Shown here: positions 1-18,346 of the stretch, one piece after another
Numbering within the stretch: the first letter of the stretch is position 1
Layout of the letters: every line of letters starts with the position of its first letter
Assembly: GCF_003018255.1 (NCBI RefSeq)
Contig: NZ_CP027440.1
DNA length: 64,000 bases
Reading direction: 5' to 3' (one strand)
From: Escherichia coli
GTDB taxonomy: Bacteria; Pseudomonadota; Gammaproteobacteria; Enterobacterales; Enterobacteriaceae
The notes under the pieces: generated by a model
What the model was told of the DNA's origin: nothing
Seen by the model: the letters and a program-made list of their open reading frames with translations, nothing else
The model's database searches: none
Made by a program: the position numbers and the translations under genes

Positions 1-2317
<2,317 letters not shown>

Positions 2318-2414
2318 ACAACGCCGAAGATGTTTTGGCGGATGAGAGAAGATTTTCAGCCTGATACAGATTAAATCGACATGTCATAACGAGACGTGTT
2401 GATAAAACAGAATT

Positions 2415-2534
2415 TGCCTGGCGGCCTTAGCGCGGTGGTCCCACCTGACCCCATGCCGAACTCAGAAGTGAAACGCCGTAGCGCCGATGGTAGTGTGGGG
2501 TCTCCCCATGCGAGAGTAGGGAACTGCCAGGCAT
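2415..2534 (+). rRNA. rrfE: 5S ribosomal RNA
   Basis: 120-nt match to E. coli 5S rRNA, from tgcctggcggcc to gaactgccaggcat. Confidence 0.96.
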
Positions 2535-2545
2535 CAAATTAAGCG

Positions 2546-2573
2546 AAAGGCCATCCGAAAGGATGGCCTTTTT
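2546..2573 (+). terminator. rrn operon intrinsic terminator
   Basis: GC-rich hairpin aaaggccatcc-gaaa-ggatggccttt followed by a T tract, immediately after 5S. Confidence 0.85.
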
Positions 2574-2657
2574 GCATTGGCGCAGAAAAAATGCCGGATG
2601 CGACGCTGGCGCGTCTGCTCCAGCTTACGCAAGCACGATAGCACGATAGGGGGCAGC

Positions 2658-3101
2658 TTATTCCCCTACATATGCCAGATTCAGCAATGGATACGGTTTC
2701 CCCAAATCGTCCACCTCAGAGCGTCCCGTAACCTTAAAACCCATCTTCTTATAGAACCCAACAGCCTGCTTATTTTGCTCATTAACATTGGTTGTCAGTT
2801 CCGGTGCCATCGAGAGCGCATGTTCCACCAGCATCCGACCCACGCCGCAGCCGCGCACATCAGGATCGATAAACAGCGCATCCATATGCTGCCCACTTAA
2901 CAACATAAACCCAACCGGCCGATCCCGCTCATTAACCGCGACCCACAACGGCGCTTCCGGCAGGAAGGAACGAACTAGCTCCTCCAGCTCGGCCCGATAC
3001 GCTGCTGATAAAAAATCGTGAGTGGCATCGACAGAACGACACCAAATCGCAACGAGCTCCTCCCCTTCCTCATGCCGTGAGCGGCGAATACTAATAACCA
3101 T
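2658..3101 (-). CDS. yjaB: GNAT-family N-acetyltransferase YjaB
   Basis: 147-aa ORF with the acetyl-CoA binding motif region (RGCGVGRMLVEHAL); position between rrn and metA as in E. coli. Confidence 0.9.
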   Translation of the reverse strand: MVISIRRSRHEEGEELVAIWCRSVDATHDFLSAAYRAELEELVRSFLPEAPLWVAVNERDRPVGFMLLSGQHMDALFIDPDVRGCGVGRMLVEHALSMAPELTTNVNEQNKQAVGFYKKMGFKVTGRSEVDDLGKPYPLLNLAYVGE

Positions 3102-3214
3102 TTTCTCTCCTTTTCGTCATTCTTATATTCTAACGTAGCCTTTTCCTTGAAACTTTCTCACCTTCAATATGCAGGCTCGACATTGGCAAATTTTCTGGTT
3201 ATCTTCAGCTATCT

Positions 3215-3245
3215 GGATGTCTAAACGTATAAGCGTATGTAGTGA
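3215..3245 (+). promoter_or_regulatory. Tandem MetJ boxes in the metA promoter
   Basis: Consecutive 8-bp met-box-like repeats (gatgtcta aacgtata agcgtatg) just upstream of the metA start; MetJ consensus is AGACGTCT. Confidence 0.6.
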
Positions 3246-3257
3246 GGTAATCAGGTT

Positions 3258-4187
3258 ATGCCGATTCGTGTGCCGGACGAGCTACCCGCCGTCAATTTCT
3301 TGCGTGAAGAAAACGTCTTTGTGATGACAACTTCTCGTGCGTCTGGTCAGGAAATTCGTCCGCTAAAGGTGCTTATCCTTAACCTGATGCCGAAGAAGAT
3401 CGAAACTGAAAATCAGTTTCTGCGCCTGCTTTCAAACTCACCTTTGCAGGTCGATATTCAGCTGTTGCGCATCGATTCCCGTGAATCGCGCAACACGCCC
3501 GCAGAGCATCTGAATAACTTCTACTGTAACTTTGAAGATATTCAGGAACAAAACTTTGATGGTCTGATAGTTACCGGCGCGCCGCTGGGCCTGGTGGAGT
3601 TTAATGATGTTGCTTACTGGCCGCAGATCAAACAGGTGCTGGAGTGGTCGAAAGATCACGTCACCTCGACGCTGTTTGTCTGTTGGGCGGTCCAGGCCGC
3701 GCTCAATATCCTCTACGGCATTCCTAAGCAAACCCGCACCGACAAACTCTCTGGCGTTTACGAGCATCATATTCTCCATCCTCATGCGCTTCTGACGCGT
3801 GGCTTTGATGATTCATTCCTGGCACCACATTCGCGCTATGCTGACTTTCCGGCAGCGTTGATTCGTGATTATACCGATCTGGAAATTCTGGCGGAGACAG
3901 AAGAAGGGGATGCCTATCTGTTTGCCAGCAAAGATAAGCGAATTGCCTTTGTGACGGGCCATCCCGAATATGATGCGCAAACGCTGGCGCAGGAATTTTT
4001 CCGCGATGTGGAAGCCGGACTAGACCCGGATGTACCGTATAACTATTTCCCGCATAATGATCCGCAAAATACACCGCGAGCGAGCTGGCGTAGTCACGGT
4101 AATTTGCTGTTTACCAACTGGCTCAACTATTACGTCTACCAGATCACGCCATACGATCTACGGCACATGAACCCAACGCTGGATTAA
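3258..4187 (+). CDS. metA: Homoserine O-succinyltransferase
   Basis: 309-aa ORF starting [47 protein letters not shown], recognised as E. coli MetA. Confidence 0.96.
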
Positions 4188-4231
4188 TCTTCTGTGATAG
4201 TCGATCGTTAAGCGATTCAGCACCTTACCTC

Positions 4232-4255
4232 AGGCACCTTCGGGTGCCTTTTTTA
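4232..4255 (+). terminator. metA intrinsic terminator
   Basis: Hairpin aggcacc-ttcg-ggtgcct followed by tttttt. Confidence 0.8.
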
Positions 4256-4334
4256 TTTCCGAAACGCACCTCAGTAGGTGAATAAATTTTATTCATATTG
4301 TTATCAATAAGTTATCAAGTATTTTTAATTAAAA

Positions 4335-4357
4335 TGGAAATTGTTTTTGATTTTGCA
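4335..4357. promoter_or_regulatory. aceB promoter region with IclR operator
   Basis: tggaaattgtttttgattttgca about 100 bp upstream of aceB matches the known IclR box region of aceBAK; exact boundaries approximate. Confidence 0.55.
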
Positions 4358-4455
4358 TTTTAAATGAGTAGTCTTAGTTGTGCTGAACGAAAAGCGCACA
4401 ACGATCCTTCGTTCACAGTGGGGAAGTTTTCGGATCCATGACGAGGAGCTGCACG

Positions 4456-6057
4456 ATGACTGAACAGGCAACAACAACCGATGAATTGGCTTTCACAAGG
4501 CCGTATGGCGAGCAGGAGAAGCATATTCTTACTGCCGAAGCGGTAGAATTTCTGACTGAGCTGGTGACGCATTTTACGCCACAACGCAATAAACTTCTGG
4601 CAGCGCGCATTCAGCAGCAGCAGGATATCGATAACGGAACGTTGCCTGATTTTATTTCGGAAACAGCTTCCATTCGTGATGCTGACTGGAAAATTCGCGG
4701 GATTCCTGCGGACTTAGAAGATCGTCGGGTAGAGATTACCGGCCCGGTTGAGCGCAAGATGGTGATCAACGCGCTCAACGCCAATGTGAAAGTCTTTATG
4801 GCCGATTTCGAAGATTCACTGGCACCAGACTGGAACAAAGTGATCGATGGGCAAATTAACCTGCGCGATGCGGTTAACGGCACCATCAGCTATACCAATG
4901 AAGCAGGCAAAATTTATCAGCTCAAGCCCAATCCAGCGGTTTTGATTTGTCGGGTACGCGGTCTGCACTTGCCGGAAAAACATGTCACCTGGCGTGGTGA
5001 GGCAATCCCCGGTAGCCTGTTTGATTTTGCGCTCTATTTCTTCCACAACTATCAGGCACTGTTGGCAAAGGGCAGCGGTCCCTATTTCTATCTGCCGAAA
5101 ACCCAGTCCTGGCAGGAAGCGGCCTGGTGGAGCGAAGTCTTCAGCTATGCAGAAGATCGCTTTAATCTGCCGCGCGGCACCATCAAGGCGACGTTGCTGA
5201 TTGAAACGCTGCCCGCCGTGTTCCAGATGGATGAAATCCTTCACGCGCTGCGTGACCATATTGTTGGTCTGAACTGCGGTCGTTGGGATTACATCTTCAG
5301 TTATATCAAAACATTGAAAAACTATCCCGATCGCGTCCTGCCAGATAGACAGGCAGTGACGATGGATAAACCCTTCCTGAATGCTTACTCACGCCTGTTG
5401 ATTAAAACCTGCCATAAACGCGGTGCTTTTGCGATGGGCGGTATGGCGGCATTTATTCCGAGCAAAGATGAAGAGCGCAATAACCAGGTGCTCAACAAAG
5501 TAAAAGCGGATAAATCGCTGGAAGCTAATAACGGTCACGATGGCACATGGATTGCCCACCCAGGCCTTGCGGATACGGCAATGGCGGTATTCAACGACAT
5601 TCTCGGCTCCCGTAAAAATCAGCTTGAAGTGATGCGCGAACAAGACGCGCCGATTACTGCCGATCAGTTGCTGGCACCTTGTGATGGTGAACGCACCGAA
5701 GAAGGTATGCGCGCCAACATTCGCGTGGCTGTGCAGTACATCGAAGCGTGGATCTCTGGCAATGGCTGTGTGCCGATTTATGGCCTGATGGAAGATGCGG
5801 CGACGGCTGAAATTTCCCGTACCTCAATCTGGCAGTGGATCCATCATCAAAAAACGTTGAGCAATGGCAAACCGGTGACTAAAGCCTTGTTCCGCCAGAT
5901 GCTGGGCGAAGAGATGAAAGTCATTGCCAGCGAACTGGGCGAAGAACGTTTCTCCCAGGGGCGTTTTGACGATGCCGCACGCTTGATGGAACAGATCACC
6001 ACTTCCGATGAGTTAATTGATTTCCTGACCCTGCCAGGCTACCGCCTGTTAGCGTAA
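4456..6057 (+). CDS. aceB: Malate synthase A
   Basis: ORF-track 4438..6057; start moved to the internal ATG giving [20 protein letters not shown] (533 aa), the known AceB N-terminus. Confidence 0.95.
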   Translation: MTEQATTTDELAFTRPYGEQEKHILTAEAVEFLTELVTHFTPQRNKLLAARIQQQQDIDNGTLPDFISETASIRDADWKIRGIPADLEDRRVEITGPVERKMVINALNANVKVFMADFEDSLAPDWNKVIDGQINLRDAVNGTISYTNEAGKIYQLKPNPAVLICRVRGLHLPEKHVTWRGEAIPGSLFDFALYFFHNYQALLAKGSGPYFYLPKTQSWQEAAWWSEVFSYAEDRFNLPRGTIKATLLIETLPAVFQMDEILHALRDHIVGLNCGRWDYIFSYIKTLKNYPDRVLPDRQAVTMDKPFLNAYSRLLIKTCHKRGAFAMGGMAAFIPSKDEERNNQVLNKVKADKSLEANNGHDGTWIAHPGLADTAMAVFNDILGSRKNQLEVMREQDAPITADQLLAPCDGERTEEGMRANIRVAVQYIEAWISGNGCVPIYGLMEDAATAEISRTSIWQWIHHQKTLSNGKPVTKALFRQMLGEEMKVIASELGEERFSQGRFDDAARLMEQITTSDELIDFLTLPGYRLLA

Positions 6058-6086
6058 ACCACCACATAACTATGGAGCATCTGCAC

Positions 6087-7391
6087 ATGAAAACCCGTAC
6101 ACAACAAATTGAAGAATTACAGAAAGAGTGGACTCAACCGCGTTGGGAAGGCATTACTCGCCCGTACAGCGCGGAAGATGTGGTGAAATTACGCGGTTCA
6201 GTCAATCCGGAATGCACCCTGGCGCAACTGGGCGCGGCGAAAATGTGGCGTCTGCTGCACGGCGAGTCGAAAAAAGGCTACATCAACAGCCTCGGTGCAC
6301 TGACTGGCGGTCAGGCGCTGCAACAGGCGAAAGCGGGTATTGAAGCAGTCTATCTGTCGGGATGGCAGGTAGCGGCGGACGCTAACCTGGCGGCCAGCAT
6401 GTATCCGGATCAGTCGCTCTATCCGGCAAACTCGGTGCCAGCGGTGGTGGAGCGGATCAACAATACTTTCCGCCGTGCGGATCAGATCCAATGGTCCGCG
6501 GGCATTGAGCCGGGCGATCCGCGCTATGTCGATTACTTCCTGCCGATCGTCGCCGATGCGGAGGCCGGTTTTGGCGGTGTACTGAATGCCTTTGAACTGA
6601 TGAAAGCGATGATTGAAGCCGGTGCAGCGGCAGTTCACTTCGAAGATCAGCTGGCATCAGTGAAGAAATGTGGTCACATGGGCGGCAAAGTTTTGGTGCC
6701 AACTCAGGAAGCTATTCAGAAACTGGTCGCGGCGCGTCTGGCAGCTGATGTGACGGGCGTTCCAACCCTGCTGGTTGCTCGTACCGATGCCGATGCGGCG
6801 GATCTGATTACCTCCGATTGCGACCCATATGACAGCGAATTTATTACTGGCGAGCGTACCAGTGAAGGCTTCTTCCGTACTCATGCGGGTATTGAGCAAG
6901 CGATCAGCCGTGGCCTGGCGTATGCGCCATATGCTGACCTGGTCTGGTGTGAAACCTCCACGCCGGACCTGGAACTGGCGCGTCGCTTTGCACAAGCCAT
7001 CCACGCGAAATATCCGGGCAAACTGCTGGCTTATAACTGCTCGCCGTCGTTCAACTGGCAGAAAAACCTCGACGACAAAACTATTGCCAGCTTCCAGCAG
7101 CAGCTGTCGGATATGGGCTACAAGTTCCAGTTCATCACCCTGGCAGGTATCCACAGCATGTGGTTCAACATGTTTGACCTGGCAAACGCCTATGCCCAGG
7201 GCGAGGGTATGAAGCACTATGTTGAGAAAGTGCAGCAGCCGGAATTTGCCGCCGCGAAAGATGGCTATACCTTCGTATCTCACCAACAGGAAGTGGGTAC
7301 AGGTTACTTCGATAAAGTGACGACCATTATTCAGGGCGGCACGTCGTCGGTTACCGCACTGACTGGCTCCACCGAAGAATCGCAGTTCTAA
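6087..7391 (+). CDS. aceA: Isocitrate lyase
   Basis: ORF-track 6072..7391; start moved to [22 protein letters not shown] (434 aa). Contains the isocitrate lyase signature KKCGHMGGK. Confidence 0.96.
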   Translation: MKTRTQQIEELQKEWTQPRWEGITRPYSAEDVVKLRGSVNPECTLAQLGAAKMWRLLHGESKKGYINSLGALTGGQALQQAKAGIEAVYLSGWQVAADANLAASMYPDQSLYPANSVPAVVERINNTFRRADQIQWSAGIEPGDPRYVDYFLPIVADAEAGFGGVLNAFELMKAMIEAGAAAVHFEDQLASVKKCGHMGGKVLVPTQEAIQKLVAARLAADVTGVPTLLVARTDADAADLITSDCDPYDSEFITGERTSEGFFRTHAGIEQAISRGLAYAPYADLVWCETSTPDLELARRFAQAIHAKYPGKLLAYNCSPSFNWQKNLDDKTIASFQQQLSDMGYKFQFITLAGIHSMWFNMFDLANAYAQGEGMKHYVEKVQQPEFAAAKDGYTFVSHQQEVGTGYFDKVTTIIQGGTSSVTALTGSTEESQF

Positions 7392-7414
7392 GCAACCGAT
7401 AAACGTTGCTGACT

Positions 7415-9331
<1,917 letters not shown>

Positions 9332-9347
9332 ATCAGAGGCGAAAAAG

Positions 9348-10172
9348 TCAGCGTATTCCACCGTACGCCAGCGTCACTTCCTTCGCCGCTTTAATCACCA
9401 TCGCGCCAAACTCGGTCACGCGGTCATCGGTAATACGTGAAATCGGTCCGGAAATTGAAATTGCGGCAAACGGTTCGCGGTGCTCATCGAAAATACACGC
9501 TGCAAGGCAACGCAGCCCCAGCGCATGTTCCTCATCGTCAAATGAATAACCCCGTTTGCGCGTTTGGGCGAGATCTTCTTTTAAATGCACAGGAGACACC
9601 AGCGTTGCGTGGGTATAGGCATGTAACCCTTTGCGGTGCAGCAGCTTCGTCACCTGTTCTTCGCTCAGTTGGGCCAGAAAGGCTTTACCCGCACCGGAAG
9701 CGTGCATCGGCAATTTACCGCCGATAGGCGCGGACATTCGCATCAGGTGAGTACACTGTACCTGGTCGATAATAATCGCTTCGTGATTGCTTTGATCAAG
9801 CACCGCCATATTGACCGTTTCGCCAGACTCTTCCATTAGATTGCGCAGGATAGGGTGAACAATCGCTAACAAATTACGGCTCTGGAGAAAGCTGCTACCG
9901 ACCATAAAGGCGTGTGCGCCGATTGCCCAGTGACCCAGTTCGCCGACCTGACGGACAAAGCCCTGTTGCTGCATCGTGGTTAGCAGGCGGTGGGTCGTGG
10001 AATTGGGTAACCCGGCTTGCTGTGCCAGTTCCGTGAGTGCCACACTGCCATTGGATTCGGCAATCCACTCCAGTAATTTCAGGCCACGCGTTAAAGACTG
10101 AACCTGTCCAGTCGCTGGTGCGGTGGCAACGGCGGGTTTTCTGCCGCGTTTTGCGGGAATGGGTGCGACCAT
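9348..10172 (-). CDS. iclR: Glyoxylate-shunt repressor IclR
   Basis: ORF-track 9348..10211; start moved to MVAPIPAKRGRKPAVATAPATGQVQSL (274 aa), the known IclR N-terminus. Confidence 0.94.
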   Translation of the reverse strand: MVAPIPAKRGRKPAVATAPATGQVQSLTRGLKLLEWIAESNGSVALTELAQQAGLPNSTTHRLLTTMQQQGFVRQVGELGHWAIGAHAFMVGSSFLQSRNLLAIVHPILRNLMEESGETVNMAVLDQSNHEAIIIDQVQCTHLMRMSAPIGGKLPMHASGAGKAFLAQLSEEQVTKLLHRKGLHAYTHATLVSPVHLKEDLAQTRKRGYSFDDEEHALGLRCLAACIFDEHREPFAAISISGPISRITDDRVTEFGAMVIKAAKEVTLAYGGIR

Positions 10173-10371
10173 GACAGTCTCCTTTTTCTGTATCGTGGAA
10201 ATCATTTTCATTTTTATTGTTAGCTAATGCAATAGTTGCTGAACTGATCCGATGAGTTAATGTTGAACAAATCTCATGTTGCGTGGTGGTCGCTTTTACC
10301 ACAGATGCGTTTATGCCAGTATGGTTTGTTGAATTTTTATTAAATCTGGGTTGAGCGTGTCGGGAGCAAGT

Positions 10372-14055
<3,684 letters not shown>

Positions 14056-14086
14056 TTCACAAATCTGTCACTTTTCCTTACAACAA

Positions 14087-14120
14087 ACAGGGCGCTCAAT
14101 GAGTGCCCTGTCTCTTTATT
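14087..14120 (+). terminator. metH intrinsic terminator
   Basis: Hairpin acagggcgctca-at-gagtgccctgt followed by ctctttatt. Confidence 0.7.
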
Positions 14121-14274
14121 AATATGAAACACTTATACTGGAAACAGGCTGGAATAATCTTAGCCGGAAAAACGAAGGTCAAAAGGCACAGTAAAGATGC
14201 CAGTCAGCGTGTTTCCGGTCCTTTGGTCATTCAATTGCTTCAGGAACATATAACGATAAGGAGAACCTGAACTC

Positions 14275-15906
14275 GTGTTAACGCTGCTTCACCTGCTTTC
14301 TGCCGTCGCCCTGCTGGTCTGGGGGACTCATATTGTTCGAACCGGCGTAATGCGCGTCTTCGGCGCGCGTTTGCGTACTGTCCTTAGCCGGAGCGTCGAA
14401 AAAAAGCCGCTCGCCTTTTGCGCGGGGATAGGCGTTACCGCACTGGTGCAGAGCAGTAATGCCACCACTATGCTGGTGACCTCGTTCGTCGCTCAGGATC
14501 TGGTAGCCCTCGCACCGGCTCTGGTGATTGTGCTGGGTGCAGATGTCGGGACGGCGCTAATGGCGCGTATTCTCACCTTCGACTTATCCTGGCTGTCACC
14601 ATTACTTATTTTTATCGGCGTGATTTTTTTCCTCGGACGCAAACAGTCACGCGCCGGGCAACTGGGCCGCGTCGGTATTGGTCTTGGGTTGATTTTGCTG
14701 GCGCTGGAGTTGATTGTGCAGGCCGTAACGCCGATCACCCAGGCAAACGGCGTTCAGGTGATCTTTGCCTCGCTGACCGGCGATATTCTGCTGGATGCGC
14801 TGATTGGTGCGATGTTCGCCATTATCAGCTACTCCAGCCTTGCCGCGGTACTGCTGACCGCGACTCTGACCGCCGCAGGCATTATCTCTTTCCCAGTGGC
14901 GCTTTGTCTGGTGATTGGTGCAAACCTCGGTTCCGGCCTGCTGGCGATGCTCAACAACAGTGCCGCCAATGCCGCAGCCCGCCGTGTCGCGCTGGGTAGC
15001 CTGCTGTTTAAGCTGGTGGGTAGCCTGATTATCCTGCCGTTTGTTCATTTGCTGGCAGAGACAATGGGGAAGTTGCCATTGCCAAAAGCGGAATTGGTGA
15101 TCTATTTCCACGTCTTCTACAACCTTGTACGCTGCCTGGTCATGCTGCCATTTGTTGACCCGATGGCACGGTTTTGCAAAACGATTATTCGCGATGAACC
15201 GGAACTGGATACCCAGCTACGGCCTAAACATCTGGATGTCAGCGCGCTGGATACGCCCACGCTTGCTCTGGCGAACGCTGCCCGCGAAACCCTGCGCATT
15301 GGCGACGCCATGGAACAGATGATGGAAGGGTTGAATAAAGTGATGCACGGCGAGCCACGGCAGGAGAAAGAGCTGCGTAAGCTGGCTGATGACATCAACG
15401 TTCTCTATACCGCCATTAAGCTGTATCTGGCGCGGATGCCAAAAGAGGAACTGGCAGAAGAAGAGTCGCGCCGCTGGGCGGAGATCATCGAAATGTCGCT
15501 CAACCTTGAACAGGCCTCCGATATCGTCGAGCGCATGGGGAGTGAAATTGCCGATAAATCGCTGGCAGCACGGCGGGCATTTTCGCTTGATGGCTTGAAG
15601 GAACTGGATGCGCTCTATGAGCAATTGCTCAGTAATTTAAAACTGGCAATGTCGGTTTTCTTCTCTGGCGATGTTACCAGCGCCCGTCGTTTGCGCCGCA
15701 GCAAGCATCGCTTTCGCATTCTTAATCGCCGTTATTCCCATGCTCACGTCGATCGCCTGCATCAGCAAAACGTGCAGAGTATTGAAACCAGTTCGCTACA
15801 TTTAGGCTTACTGGGAGATATGCAGCGTCTGAACTCGCTGTTTTGTTCGGTGGCTTACAGTGTGCTGGAACAGCCGGATGAAGACGAAGGACGGGACGAG
15901 TATTAA
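14275..15906 (+). CDS. yjbB: Na+/Pi-cotransporter family inner membrane protein YjbB
   Basis: 543-aa ORF with GTG start preceded by AAGGAG; N-terminal polytopic membrane domain and C-terminal PhoU-like region. Confidence 0.9.
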   Translation: MLTLLHLLSAVALLVWGTHIVRTGVMRVFGARLRTVLSRSVEKKPLAFCAGIGVTALVQSSNATTMLVTSFVAQDLVALAPALVIVLGADVGTALMARILTFDLSWLSPLLIFIGVIFFLGRKQSRAGQLGRVGIGLGLILLALELIVQAVTPITQANGVQVIFASLTGDILLDALIGAMFAIISYSSLAAVLLTATLTAAGIISFPVALCLVIGANLGSGLLAMLNNSAANAAARRVALGSLLFKLVGSLIILPFVHLLAETMGKLPLPKAELVIYFHVFYNLVRCLVMLPFVDPMARFCKTIIRDEPELDTQLRPKHLDVSALDTPTLALANAARETLRIGDAMEQMMEGLNKVMHGEPRQEKELRKLADDINVLYTAIKLYLARMPKEELAEEESRRWAEIIEMSLNLEQASDIVERMGSEIADKSLAARRAFSLDGLKELDALYEQLLSNLKLAMSVFFSGDVTSARRLRRSKHRFRILNRRYSHAHVDRLHQQNVQSIETSSLHLGLLGDMQRLNSLFCSVAYSVLEQPDEDEGRDEY

Positions 15907-15921
15907 TACCGTGACCCTGAA

Positions 15922-15988
15922 GGCCTGATAAGACGTGTAAAGCGTCGCATCAGGCACTATGTACAAGATGCCGGATCATGCATCCGGC
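15922..15988. repeat. REP-like palindromes between yjbB and pepE
   Basis: ggcctgataagacg...cgtcgcatcaggc and gccggatcatgcatccggc. Confidence 0.75.
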
Positions 15989-15995
15989 AATTCAC

Positions 15996-16685
15996 TTAAA
16001 AACGGTGACCCGCTTCCAGCGGAACCGCTTCTTCACCAGCCTTAAACACATAAGTGGTGTTCGGGCCACCCAGCGTTGCGTGACCTTTATTCACTGTGAT
16101 CCAGTTACCTTCCGGTAGACCAATAATTGTGAGTTCTGGCGCGACGACCAGCAGTTCGCGAATACGCTGTTCACGGGTTTCACCTTTATGGCCTTCCGGC
16201 AGCGCGTTGGTGAAGTGCGGGTTGATTTGCAACGGGAACAGATTCAGCGCATCGAAACCTTGTGGATCGACAATCGGCATATCGTTGGTGGTACGAATGG
16301 TTGGGCAAGCAAGGTTAGCGCCTGCGCTCCAGCCAATATACAGCGCGCCACGTTTCACCACGTCAGTAATGGGTGCCAGCAGCCCGCGCTCGCGGCACTG
16401 TTTCAGCAACTGGAAAGTATTCCCGCCGCCGACAATCACGATCTCAGCATTTTCAATCGCGGCAACGGGATCGACAACGCTATGAATACCGGTGACAGAA
16501 ACACCCAGCGGAGCGAGAACCGCAGCCGTTTTCGCTGTGTAATCATCCCAGGTCTGCGTTACGCCAGCGAAAGGGATAAACACCGCTGAGCGGCGACCCT
16601 GCAACTGTTCAGCAATTAGCGGCAGTGCATGTTCCAGCCAGGCTTTACCCGGCAGCGTCGAGTTACTCAATAAAAGCAGTTCCAT
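15996..16685 (-). CDS. pepE: Dipeptidase E (alpha-aspartyl dipeptidase)
   Basis: 229-aa ORF starting [28 protein letters not shown], recognised as PepE. Confidence 0.95.
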   Translation of the reverse strand: MELLLLSNSTLPGKAWLEHALPLIAEQLQGRRSAVFIPFAGVTQTWDDYTAKTAAVLAPLGVSVTGIHSVVDPVAAIENAEIVIVGGGNTFQLLKQCRERGLLAPITDVVKRGALYIGWSAGANLACPTIRTTNDMPIVDPQGFDALNLFPLQINPHFTNALPEGHKGETREQRIRELLVVAPELTIIGLPEGNWITVNKGHATLGGPNTTYVFKAGEEAVPLEAGHRF

Positions 16686-16808
16686 TACTTCTCCGGTTAG
16701 TAAGAAATCACGGAAGGCATGCTACCACTGCGAATTTAACCACTTACTGACATGGCTCACGATGTCACGTATTGCACAGGCGCTGAGACTGATGACAAAC
16801 ACAGCATT

Positions 16809-16906
16809 GCCTGATGCGCTACGCTTACCTGGCCTACCAGATAACTGCAATATATTGAATTTTCGAGATTATGTAGGCCGAATAAGGCTTCATTCCGCAT
16901 CCGGCA
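16809..16906. repeat. REP pair in the pepE-sorE spacer
   Basis: gcctgatgcgctacgcttacctggcctac and gtaggccgaataaggcttcattccgcatccggca. Confidence 0.8.
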
Positions 16907-16935
16907 TAAACAATGTGTACTTTGCCACCAATTTG

Positions 16936-16963
16936 AGCGCCCCTTAAGGCGCTGATATTTTTT
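16936..16963 (+). terminator. Terminator-like hairpin with T tract, no obvious plus-strand gene upstream
   Basis: agcgcc-ccttaa-ggcgct followed by gatatttttta; orientation is for plus-strand transcription. Confidence 0.4.
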
Positions 16964-17065
16964 ATCCTTCTCATGCAAATTGTGCTGCTTCAGCAATCAG
17001 CCGCACATCCGGTCGCGAAGTTGCCGCGGCGACCAGCCAGCGACATGCAGAGTTAAGTAGCGCGA

Positions 17066-18295
17066 TTAATCATGGGAAATTGCCTCTGCATGAGTGAGCA
17101 GATATTGCTCCGCCTCACCGGACCAGATCCCCTGATGACGCGCCAGAATTGCCGCCAGTGCTTGATCCTGAATCTGCGTGAGTGACATAAGCGGCAGGTA
17201 TTTCCCGGTATACACCAGCTTTTTGCCGCCGCCGACGGCAGGCAATTCAAGCGTGGTTTCGCCCGCGGCATTCAGCCCAAGAATATGTGTTACCACTTTT
17301 GCGGCCTGCACTTTTTTCTCTTCGATCAGTTTGACCGCCGCGCGCATGTCGTCGGTATTGCCGCCTGACGTGCCCACGTAGTGGGTAAATGCATAATGCA
17401 CATCGTAGAAATTAATTGGCGCGCTGAAATGTTTATCCTGCGGTCCGGCGAAGAAATTCAGGCAACCATCTGTCGCCAGCAAGGAAGAGGCGAGAGTCAC
17501 CAGTCCTTCATTAGGCACAAAGACGAAAATATCATCGAAGCCGTGACCGCCACTCAGCGCCATTAACGTATCAAATGCTGCATCAGTGGCATTGAGATAA
17601 TGAATCAGTGTTTGCGATTCTGATGGATAGTGCTTGCGCGCATAACTCAATTTATCGTTGTCGGTATCGGTAATGACGAGCAGCGACGGGTTAACGGGTC
17701 CATGCAGCGCATAATCAATCGCCAACAGTCCCATTGGTCCGGTGCCGCCGAGGATCAGCGTGCGCCCTTGCGGGCGAATCCCCATCGTGTGGTTATAACT
17801 ACCTTCCTGAAGATGATAGTTGGCGTTGAACGCGCCAATCACGCAGGAAAGCGGTTCAACCAGCGAGCCTTCAAAATAGGTTTCGCCGTCGTATGCCAGC
17901 AGGCAATCTTGTTCCATAACCTCATTTGGGATAACCACATGTGTGGCTTCACCGCCCACCCACGGGAAGGAGTAGCCGGGGCAGTCCGGGCGGTCGGGGA
18001 GTTGCAGGTTGGCCTGAATCACATAACGCTGACCCGGCTGGAATTTGTGCTGCCACTTTTTACCCACGGCCAGAATATCGCCGCAAAACTCGTGGCCGAT
18101 GATGATGGGGTTGGTCGCCACATCGTCGGGTACTTTTTTATGGTTTTCACCCAGATTGGCCTCTTTCCAGGAAGAGAGGCACAGGCTGTCGGTGACCACC
18201 GTCGCGAGGATTTCATCCTCCTGCATTTCAGGAAGATCAAAGGTTTCCAGGCGTAAATCACGTTTACCATAAAGACGCAGAGCTGTTGTTTTCAT
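17066..18295 (-). CDS. sorE: L-sorbose-1-phosphate reductase (zinc-dependent alcohol dehydrogenase family)
   Basis: ORF-track 17066..18307; start taken at MKTTALRLYGKRDLRLETFDLPEMQ. Medium-chain dehydrogenase features and last position in a sorCDFBAME-ordered operon. Confidence 0.85.
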   Translation of the reverse strand: MKTTALRLYGKRDLRLETFDLPEMQEDEILATVVTDSLCLSSWKEANLGENHKKVPDDVATNPIIIGHEFCGDILAVGKKWQHKFQPGQRYVIQANLQLPDRPDCPGYSFPWVGGEATHVVIPNEVMEQDCLLAYDGETYFEGSLVEPLSCVIGAFNANYHLQEGSYNHTMGIRPQGRTLILGGTGPMGLLAIDYALHGPVNPSLLVITDTDNDKLSYARKHYPSESQTLIHYLNATDAAFDTLMALSGGHGFDDIFVFVPNEGLVTLASSLLATDGCLNFFAGPQDKHFSAPINFYDVHYAFTHYVGTSGGNTDDMRAAVKLIEEKKVQAAKVVTHILGLNAAGETTLELPAVGGGKKLVYTGKYLPLMSLTQIQDQALAAILARHQGIWSGEAEQYLLTHAEAISHD

Positions 18296-18346
18296 AAACC
18301 ACCTCATGTTGAGCGATGGCCCCGGCAGTCGTGCCGGGGCGAAGAA

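Noticed and set aside
2577-3021. Plus-strand ORFs of 107 and 77 aa overlapping yjaB
   Set aside because: Antisense to a recognisable GNAT acetyltransferase gene with no independent support; similar antisense ORFs within aceB, aceA, metH, malF, plsB, uvrA and others were rejected for the same reason.
4438-4455. N-terminal extensions in the ORF track (aceB, aceA, iclR, metH, pgi, malF, malK, malM, ubiC, plsB, zur, pspG, qor, tyrB, aphA, ssb, yjcB, sorC, sorE, sorM, yjbF, yjbG, yjbJ)
   Set aside because: The longest-ORF starts add residues upstream of the known protein N-termini; internal ATG or GTG codons that reproduce the established N-termini were used instead.
16757-16996. Two small ORFs (79 aa minus strand, 61 aa plus strand) in the pepE-sorE spacer
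   Set aside because: They overlap REP palindromes and a terminator hairpin, have no ribosome-binding sites, and their composition is dictated by the repeats.
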